From Thermostichus sp. DRC_bins_24 (GTDB lineage: Bacteria > Cyanobacteriota > Cyanobacteriia > Thermostichales > Thermostichaceae), in contig JAUQVK010000040.1 in NCBI GenBank assembly GCA_039794845.1, positions 1 to 26,565 on the forward strand: a stretch of 26,565 nt of DNA, in the 5' to 3' direction. Below the pieces are notes generated by a model, which saw only the letters and a list, made by a program, of their open reading frames with translations, ran no database searches and was not told the origin of the DNA. Made by a program: the position numbers and the translations under genes. Positions within the stretch are counted from its first letter, which is position 1, and every line of letters begins with the position of its first letter. This document shows positions 20,500 through 26,565 of this stretch, one piece after another.

Positions 20500-20548
20500 T
20501 GGCTCAGGCGTGATTTGAACACGCGACCAAGGGCTTATGAGTCCTCTG
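20500..20548 (-). tRNA. 3' half of tRNA-Met(CAT) only; att-site direct repeat, not an intact tRNA
   Basis: Minus strand GGACTCATAAGCCCTTGGTCGCGTGTTCAAATCACGCCTGAGCCA gives the anticodon loop, T arm and 3' acceptor strand. No D arm or 5' acceptor strand lies upstream. Confidence 0.88.
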
Positions 20549-20739
20549 TGCCTATATCTAGAAGCTTTATCCCATAGGCATTACAGCTACCCACCAGAAA
20601 ACCTTCACCCTATCCTTCACCACTTTTACTGTCCCTTTGAGTCCGTTCCAGTCCCGTTTAGGGGTACGATTGACAATCCTTACATACCCCTGTGGCAAGA
20701 GAGAGGGATAATCCTGAAATAGGCGGTAGTGGGCATGCT

Positions 20740-21000
20740 TTACCCCGCCAGCGAGCGCATAAAGTCTCTCAGGGATGTTGCTGTTAGCGAACACGGGGCC
20801 GTGCTTGGGTCTGGATCCGTATTAGCTATCTCTTTGTGGGCCAGAGCCTGGCCCACTTTATCAGTGGGACGAGCCAAGAACCACTGAAAGACCAACAGCA
20901 GCACCTCCCCTGGATAGCGCAGCCCAGTCACCTTCTGCAACCGCTCAATCTGGGGTAACAGCTCCACCGGGATCCTCACCCGCACCTGCACCGTTCTCAT
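20740..21000 (-). CDS. Ribbon-helix-helix protein, ParR-like adaptor
   Basis: MRTVQVRVRIPVELLPQIERLQ fits the RHH strand-helix pattern; ATGA overlap with the parM stop (20997-21000). Confidence 0.7.
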   Translation of the reverse strand: MRTVQVRVRIPVELLPQIERLQKVTGLRYPGEVLLLVFQWFLARPTDKVGQALAHKEIANTDPDPSTAPCSLTATSLRDFMRSLAG

Positions 21001-21917
21001 ACCCCACAAAGCCCCAGCACCTGAGCAAACTGGGGATCCTCAACCACCTTGAACCACCTCTGCTCTCCCATCCGTTTCAACCACCCAGCCGCCAACGGAG
21101 CCGCCCCACCCGCCACCAGAATCACCCCAATCCTCTCCAACCAGGGGTCCCAACGGTTGAGAGCTTCACTGAGGATCCCCTTCAACCACAGATCACACCG
21201 CTCCTCAAAGAACCCGGCAAAACTCACCCCCTGAACTCCGTAGGCAAAGGATCTCTCAGCAATCCCATCCATGATCAGTTCAATCTTGGGCGTCCCCACC
21301 ACCTGACAGGTCAACCTGGGATCCGCCGCAATATCCCCAGCCAGCCCATAAACCCCACCCCGCCTCAACACAACCCGTGCCCCCTCAATCTGGGATCCCT
21401 GCTCATCCACCAGAGTGGCAATCGCTGTCCCTCCACCCAGATCCAGGATCCCAGTCAGGGTACGAGGCACCGTCAACCCCTGCTGCTGGCCATACCAGTA
21501 GATCCCCATCCCCTCTGGCTGCACCTGCACAGAATTGATGACCACTGTGACACTCTGCCCATGGACAAGAATATGGTGCTCGCCAATCAGCGCCTTTTGG
21601 AGTAGATCCCCTTCCCCTGGATCCGGCAGACTCATCACCAAGTCCAGCTCTAGATCCTCCGCTCCTAAAACCCCCAGCACCAGACGTAGGGCACACTCAT
21701 GCTTCTCACTCAGCCAAGTACGGATGCCCCGGCGATGGTTCCTGGCTTGGTGCCCCACCACCCAAGAAGTTCCCACCAGTTCCGATTGGGATCCCTGCAC
21801 ATAGTGAACCGCTCCCGAACCGGATCCCTGGACATGGGCATAGATGGACTCCACTGCCCACACTTGTCCCTGATGCGCCACTTTGACAAAGCGATTGCCC
21901 AAATCAATAGCGGTCAT
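20997..21917 (-). CDS. parM: ParM/StbA family actin-like ATPase
   Basis: Actin-fold motifs AIDLGNRFVK, VQPEGMG, ILDLGGGT and LVAGGAA; 306 aa. Confidence 0.9.
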   Translation of the reverse strand: MTAIDLGNRFVKVAHQGQVWAVESIYAHVQGSGSGAVHYVQGSQSELVGTSWVVGHQARNHRRGIRTWLSEKHECALRLVLGVLGAEDLELDLVMSLPDPGEGDLLQKALIGEHHILVHGQSVTVVINSVQVQPEGMGIYWYGQQQGLTVPRTLTGILDLGGGTAIATLVDEQGSQIEGARVVLRRGGVYGLAGDIAADPRLTCQVVGTPKIELIMDGIAERSFAYGVQGVSFAGFFEERCDLWLKGILSEALNRWDPWLERIGVILVAGGAAPLAAGWLKRMGEQRWFKVVEDPQFAQVLGLCGV

Positions 21918-22068
21918 AGCATCTCATTACTAAAGAGTCGCCACACTGTAGCCAAAGAACGCACAGACTCAAAATAAGACCTTGTGACTCCTATTGAGAC
22001 TTGTCAACCTGACATCTGTGTAGGAATGCAGTAGGCTCTGTGGATTGTTGAGCCGGTCAGCCCTACCC

Positions 22069-22242
22069 ATGAGTCGTATTGCCCTGTGTCGCCCCGTCGT
22101 GGGTCATCGTTCCACTATCACAAAGGAGGATAAAAAGCGCATCTATCAACTGGCCCAACAGGGACTAACTCCTCAACAAATTGCCCTACGCTTAGGAGTT
22201 TCAGTCAGCACAGTGCGCAATTATCATGCAAACTGCCCTTAG
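22069..22242 (+). CDS. Small helix-turn-helix protein
   Basis: KKRIYQLAQQGLTPQQIALRLGVSVSTVRNY. Confidence 0.8.
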   Translation: MSRIALCRPVVGHRSTITKEDKKRIYQLAQQGLTPQQIALRLGVSVSTVRNYHANCP

Positions 22243-23071
22243 CCCCAGCACTAGATCTGGTTCCGCTTGCTATAGGTACACGGAGCAGCGGCGAATTGTG
22301 GGGGGCTTGTTATCGGGAAACTCCCTGTTGGTCGTAGGAGAACCGGGATCCGGCAAGAGTACCCTGGCCCACTTTGTCCGCCGAGAGCTGATGGGATTCA
22401 GACAGGTGCATCTGACCGCTTCCACCCCAAAGCAGATGGTGGAGAGCGTGGCCGAGCAATTGGGAGTAGAGGCCACCACCCTGGAGGGCAAGAAGATGAC
22501 CTTGGCCCAGTTGCAAACCGCGTTGTTTGCCGACTTGATGGGACAGACTGCGATATTCATCTGTGACGATGCCGAGCAATATCCCCTCTCATTGCGGCAA
22601 TGGCTAGAGTCCTTGCTCTCCACCAAGGCCGTGCTGTTGGTGTTGGCCACCTGGCCCCCCGCCAAAGACTTGTTCCTCAAACTGCCTCGCCTGGAATTGG
22701 ATCCCCTGCCAGAAGCCTCTATCCGTGACTGCATCCAGAGTGCGGCAGATGAACTAGGGATCCGGCTCAACCCTGGGAAAGTCTCCAACCTGATGGAGAG
22801 ATGTGGTGGAAATCCCATGCTGGCTAAGCGAGTCGTCTTGGAGGAGCACTTAGGTCTGAGAATCACGGGGCCTGACCATACCCAATGGATTGACGGCACC
22901 CCCTTCTTGGTGGCCTTTTTGATGTGCTTCACCCTGGTCAGGTTCCTGGGCTTAGGCTTCAGCAGTACCAGTCTCTATCTCTTGGGAGCCATCCTGACGG
23001 TGGTGGCCGCCATCGCCCGGTTGATACTCTACTCCCTGCCCCGTCGCAAAGGGAGGCTGGGTCAACGATGA
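22226..23071 (+). CDS. AAA+ ATPase (ExeA/AAA_22-like) with two C-terminal transmembrane helices
   Basis: Walker A GEPGSGKS, Walker B IFICDD, CGGNP motif, hydrophobic C-terminal hairpin. Confidence 0.85.
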   Translation: MQTALSPSTRSGSACYRYTEQRRIVGGLLSGNSLLVVGEPGSGKSTLAHFVRRELMGFRQVHLTASTPKQMVESVAEQLGVEATTLEGKKMTLAQLQTALFADLMGQTAIFICDDAEQYPLSLRQWLESLLSTKAVLLVLATWPPAKDLFLKLPRLELDPLPEASIRDCIQSAADELGIRLNPGKVSNLMERCGGNPMLAKRVVLEEHLGLRITGPDHTQWIDGTPFLVAFLMCFTLVRFLGLGFSSTSLYLLGAILTVVAAIARLILYSLPRRKGRLGQR

Positions 23072-24111
23072 TGAGCCTTACCCATGCCATCTTTGCTGTC
23101 ACTGCCTCCAGCCTCACCCTGGGATCCGCCTCACCCTGGGTACTCATGGCAGCAGCCTTGGGATCCCAACTCCCCGACTGCGATACCTCCACCAGCTATC
23201 CGGGCAGGATCCTCAAACCCATCAGCACCCGACTCGAAGCCCGCTACCCCCACCGAACAGTCACCCATAGTTTCTTAGCCACCGGGATCCTGGCACTAGC
23301 CAGCTTGCCTTTGGCTCTGTTTGGCCTCCCGTGGGGTGGATTAGTGACGGGCTATTTCTACGGTTGGTTTGCCGATGTGTTCACCAAATCAGGAGTGCCC
23401 GCCTTTTGGCCGAGCAGAGCCAGACTGGTCATCCCCGGCAATCCCCGCCTCAGGCTTTCAACAGGATCCCCTGCTGAATGGGTAGTGCTGGGCATCTGTC
23501 TAGTGCTGCTCATCATCTCCATCAACATCCACTCCCAAGGAGGTCTTATGAGAACCTTCAACCTGTGGATGGGGATCCCTAGTGGAGCCATCGAACTGGT
23601 CAACCAAGACCAAGACAAGTTCTTGTTGGTGGCTGACATTGACGGCATCAATACCCTGAGTCAGCAACGGGTGGAGGGATCCTATCAGGTCATCCGTACC
23701 CTGGGATCCTCTGACCTTCTCTTGGAACAGGATGGTGGGTTCTATCAGGCCGGAGGCGGAGTCAATGCTCAGCTCCGTCTATCCAGAATCTTCATTCGTC
23801 GGGGACAACCCATCACCTCCCAGGTCGAACAACTCACCTTCCAAGAGCAACCCTTCCTCCTGCCCCCTGATGAGGGATCCCCCATCCAAGTCCATTACAG
23901 CGGCGTTGTGCAACTGGAAGATGCCTTTGACTTATCCATCACCCCCAGTGTGGAGGAGTACCAGCCTGTCACGTTGCAATACCTAGGAGATGACCGGGTG
24001 ATGCTGCGCTTCACCTCTGCTAGAGCCAGTGACCTGGCCCCCTTCCTGGGCTACTGGGGATCCGGGCAAATGCTGGTCAGACGACTCTATCCAGCCGGAA
24101 GTGGCCCATGA
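23068..24111 (+). CDS. YdjM-like membrane metal-dependent hydrolase with C-terminal soluble domain
   Basis: LTH, GSQLPDCD, HRTVTHS, ADVFTKSGVPAFWP; start at the ATGA overlap at 23068. Confidence 0.88.
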   Translation: MMSLTHAIFAVTASSLTLGSASPWVLMAAALGSQLPDCDTSTSYPGRILKPISTRLEARYPHRTVTHSFLATGILALASLPLALFGLPWGGLVTGYFYGWFADVFTKSGVPAFWPSRARLVIPGNPRLRLSTGSPAEWVVLGICLVLLIISINIHSQGGLMRTFNLWMGIPSGAIELVNQDQDKFLLVADIDGINTLSQQRVEGSYQVIRTLGSSDLLLEQDGGFYQAGGGVNAQLRLSRIFIRRGQPITSQVEQLTFQEQPFLLPPDEGSPIQVHYSGVVQLEDAFDLSITPSVEEYQPVTLQYLGDDRVMLRFTSARASDLAPFLGYWGSGQMLVRRLYPAGSGP

Positions 24112-25307
24112 TCTTTGCACCCAGAGAAGCCCCCTTACCCCCAGCAAGACTCTTCCCCAGCCCCAAAATGGGGTCCCCCGTCGAACCTGCAAGCGGGATC
24201 CTGTTGGGTCAGACCACCCATTGGGATCCCCATGTCCTGCCCAATCCTCATGTAGTGGTGATTGGTGCCAGTGGCAGCGGCAAAACCCAAACCCTCAAAG
24301 CCCTGGCCTATGAACTCAGTCAGACATCTCACAAGCAGATTCTCATCATCGACTTCCATGGTGACCAGTCCCTTCCAGGAGAAACCGTCTATCCCCTGCA
24401 CATGGCCAGTCCCCATGGCATCAACCCCCTCACCGTCAATCCAGACCCCGAAGGAGGTGGGCCACACCTACAGGCTATCCAGATTGCCATGCTCCTGCGT
24501 AAGGCCTTGGCCCTTGGCCCCATCCAGGAGGGACTACTGCTGGATATCCTCAAACAGCTTTACCTCAACCACGGGATCCTGCAATCTCAACCGGATTCCT
24601 GGACATTGCCTCCCCCCACCTTTGCCCACCTCGAACAGATCATCCAGAAACAGGTGGAGGAGGGCAGCACTGACCATACCAAGTTGCAAATCAAGCTGGC
24701 CGCCACCTTCAGCTACGGTATCTTTTCCCGCCCCCAACCCGACTTCACAGCCCCCTTGATCCGGCTGGATGTCTCCAAGCTACCTCCCGCCCTGGGATCC
24801 ATTGCTGCCGAATCTCTAGCTCATCAACTCATGAACCAGCACAGGTTACAGGGGGAATCTGCCCCCAGGACATTCGTATTCATTGACGAAGCCAAGGAGA
24901 TGCCCAAGACTAGTGGATCGGCCCTTGACCGCCTCATCATGGATGGTCGCAAATACGGCCTGGCCCTGATTCTGGCCAGTCAGAGTGAACGACATCTCTC
25001 CAAAGAGGTGATTGCCAACTCTGCCACCAAGATTGTCCTGCCCGTTGACCAAACCGAAGTCAAACCTGTTGCCCGCAAATTCCGGTTCGCCGAACACCTC
25101 ATTGCCCAACTCACTCCCCTCACCGCCCTCGTCAGACTGGGATCCCAAGCGGCCCATGTGACGATCCACCCCTACTACCGCCGTGTTACAGAAACTCTTC
25201 CGTCTGTTTATACAACCTCAGCCTCAACAACAGAGGCCCCCCCTCAATCACAAACAGATCCAGAGAGCCCAGACCGTTTACAAAATCCTGGACTCTCTCC
25301 CCCCTGA
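24108..25307 (+). CDS. HerA/VirB4/FtsK-superfamily (DUF87-type) ATPase
   Basis: PHVVVIGASGSGKT, IIDFHGD, INPL, FVFIDEA, GRKYGLALILASQ, IAN. Confidence 0.88.
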   Translation: MIFAPREAPLPPARLFPSPKMGSPVEPASGILLGQTTHWDPHVLPNPHVVVIGASGSGKTQTLKALAYELSQTSHKQILIIDFHGDQSLPGETVYPLHMASPHGINPLTVNPDPEGGGPHLQAIQIAMLLRKALALGPIQEGLLLDILKQLYLNHGILQSQPDSWTLPPPTFAHLEQIIQKQVEEGSTDHTKLQIKLAATFSYGIFSRPQPDFTAPLIRLDVSKLPPALGSIAAESLAHQLMNQHRLQGESAPRTFVFIDEAKEMPKTSGSALDRLIMDGRKYGLALILASQSERHLSKEVIANSATKIVLPVDQTEVKPVARKFRFAEHLIAQLTPLTALVRLGSQAAHVTIHPYYRRVTETLPSVYTTSASTTEAPPQSQTDPESPDRLQNPGLSPP

Positions 25308-25479
25308 CTGGAGCTACAGCCAGAGGCAGCAGTTCATCAAAGACTGGACTGGCAAAGCCTGTAGCCGCAAACTCATCGCCCGTTGGCAGAAGGAGAGAAA
25401 TGCTGCGAATCATCACCATCCTGGCCCTGGCCCACCTCCTGGTAGCTCTACCCGCCCACGCACAACTACGCATCAGTGA
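25183..25479 (+). CDS. Small hypothetical protein, HTH-like (GTG start; overlaps both neighbours)
   Basis: WSYSQRQQFIKDWTGKACSRKLIARWQKE helix-turn-helix-like pattern; fills the gap in the operon. Confidence 0.6.
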   Translation: MLQKLFRLFIQPQPQQQRPPLNHKQIQRAQTVYKILDSLPPDWSYSQRQQFIKDWTGKACSRKLIARWQKERNAANHHHPGPGPPPGSSTRPRTTTHQ

Positions 25480-25864
25480 CGGCGATACCCTCACCCTCAA
25501 TCGAGAACGTATCCGACTGGCCTGCATTGATGCCCCCGAATCCGATCAACCCTATGGCCCCCAGTCCGCCGCCCGACTCAGGGATCTGCTAGGCACGGGA
25601 TCCATCAGAGTCCAACCCCTCGCCACTGACCGCTATGGCCGTTCCATTGCCAAACTTTATATCGGGGAAACCCTTGTCCAAGAGGCTTTGGTCAGAGAGG
25701 GATTGGCCTGGGTTTATCCCCAATTCCTGCACCGCTGCCCTACCACCGCTACCCGTCTGCAGAACGCCCAACAAACGGCACAACAACACCGCCTCGGCCT
25801 ATGGGCTGACCCACACCCGATTCCCCCATGGGTTTGGAGAAGTGGGCCACCACGAAGAAGATAA
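25400..25864 (+). CDS. Thermonuclease (SNase) family protein with signal peptide
   Basis: Leader ending AHA; DGDT, RIRLACIDAPE, DRYGR, LVREGLA, GLWA..PPWVWR. Confidence 0.95.
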   Translation: MLRIITILALAHLLVALPAHAQLRISDGDTLTLNRERIRLACIDAPESDQPYGPQSAARLRDLLGTGSIRVQPLATDRYGRSIAKLYIGETLVQEALVREGLAWVYPQFLHRCPTTATRLQNAQQTAQQHRLGLWADPHPIPPWVWRSGPPRRR

Positions 25865-25866
25865 TC

Positions 25867-26496
25867 ATGCTCTTCGCTCAGCTCCCACCCCCTACACCAC
25901 CCCCAGAAGTCAGGCCCCAACGACCCTACAAGGTCACTCTCACCCTGACTGACCCGAACCAATTGCAAGTTCAAGTCGGCCAATCCCTCTCAGTGGGATC
26001 CATCCTGGCCAAGCGTACCGATCCCACCCTAGAACTCAAACGGGCACAACTCCTCGCCAGGCTCGAGAGTCTCGATAGCAGGGATCCCCCAGACGATTTC
26101 TTCAGAACCGTCCGCCTGCGAGAATTGGAATACCAGCGACTGCGCCAGGAATACGAAACCCAATACAACCTCGTCACCCGATTAACAGCCCTACCGGATC
26201 CCCCACCCTCTCTCCAGCGGCAAGAACTCAATACCCTCCACTCCCTTTACAGCCGCTTGCAACTGGCCCATGAACGCTTAGCCCAAGCCCACCGGGAAGC
26301 CACACGGCAGCAACGAAACGACCAACTCACGACTGAGCAACAGAAAGCTGACCTCACCCACCAAGTCCAGCTCCTGGAACACGAGATCGCCCTGACCACC
26401 ATCCGCTCCCCGGTCGCAGGAACCGTCTCCAGAATCCAATTCACCAGCCAGACCAACCAGACCCTCCATGTGGAAATCCAGATTACTCCCCGTTAG
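25867..26496 (+). CDS. HlyD/membrane-fusion-protein-like adaptor
   Basis: Lipoyl half-motifs VQVGQSLSVGSILA and IRSPVAGTVSRI flanking a long coiled coil. Confidence 0.78.
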   Translation: MLFAQLPPPTPPPEVRPQRPYKVTLTLTDPNQLQVQVGQSLSVGSILAKRTDPTLELKRAQLLARLESLDSRDPPDDFFRTVRLRELEYQRLRQEYETQYNLVTRLTALPDPPPSLQRQELNTLHSLYSRLQLAHERLAQAHREATRQQRNDQLTTEQQKADLTHQVQLLEHEIALTTIRSPVAGTVSRIQFTSQTNQTLHVEIQITPR

Positions 26497-26565
26497 CCTC
26501 CTCCTCGTGGGCCTCCAGCCCGCCCTAGCGGATCCCATCCCTCTGCTGCAAGAGCAAATCCGCAT
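26468..26565 (+). CDS. N-terminus of an exported protein (partial, runs off the window)
   Basis: My translation is MWKSRLLPVSLLLVGLQPALA-DPIPLLQEQIR, a Sec signal peptide; it overlaps the end of the HlyD-like gene. Confidence 0.65.
   Translation, partial: MWKSRLLPVSLLLVGLQPALADPIPLLQEQIR

Larger units (their letters stand above)
20500..26565. mobile_element. tRNA-Met-integrated element (integrated plasmid/ICE-like island), extends beyond the right edge
   Basis: Truncated tRNA boundary followed by ParM/ParR, a HerA/VirB4-like ATPase and a nuclease, with no housekeeping genes. Confidence 0.82.

Noticed and set aside
20500..20580. Intact or intron-split tRNA-Met
   Set aside because: No D arm or 5' acceptor strand, and the anticodon loop is uninterrupted, so an att duplication fits better
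22924..23067. Upstream extension of the YdjM ORF
   Set aside because: Overlaps the AAA gene; the family-typical start is the ATGA overlap at 23068
24108..25864. HerA + nuclease anti-phage defence system
   Set aside because: The nuclease has a signal peptide and the neighbours are envelope proteins, unlike cytoplasmic Sir2/NurA-HerA pairs; not fully excluded
1..26565. CRISPR array
   Set aside because: No regularly spaced direct repeats; the recurring GGGATCCC is a dispersed genomic palindrome

Overview
This is cyanobacterial chromosomal DNA. Form IB rbcLXS and a very high density of the GGGATCCC palindrome point to a hot-spring Thermostichus (Synechococcus JA-type) organism; this assignment is an inference. 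Bases 1-20.5 kb are mostly core genome: the tail of an integron-type integrase, gnd, a pentapeptide protein, an incomplete UgpB/UgpA-like ABC pair, hflX, a flavodiiron protein, a cobalamin-riboswitch btuB-DUF1636 unit, three small stress-type genes, sbcD, a tnpB relic, clpP and rbcLXS, plus a small TA-flanked MITE-like element. At 20500-20548 is an isolated 3' half of tRNA-Met(CAT), the typical att scar of a tRNA-targeting integrative element that runs off the right edge. The element carries a ParM/ParR-like partition pair. Divergent from that pair is a tightly coupled operon: HTH, membrane-anchored AAA ATPase, YdjM-like membrane protein, HerA/VirB4-like ATPase, small HTH-like protein, secreted thermonuclease, HlyD-like adaptor and a signal-peptide protein. 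This operon is the best candidate for an undescribed system, possibly a non-T4SS DNA transfer or export machine.
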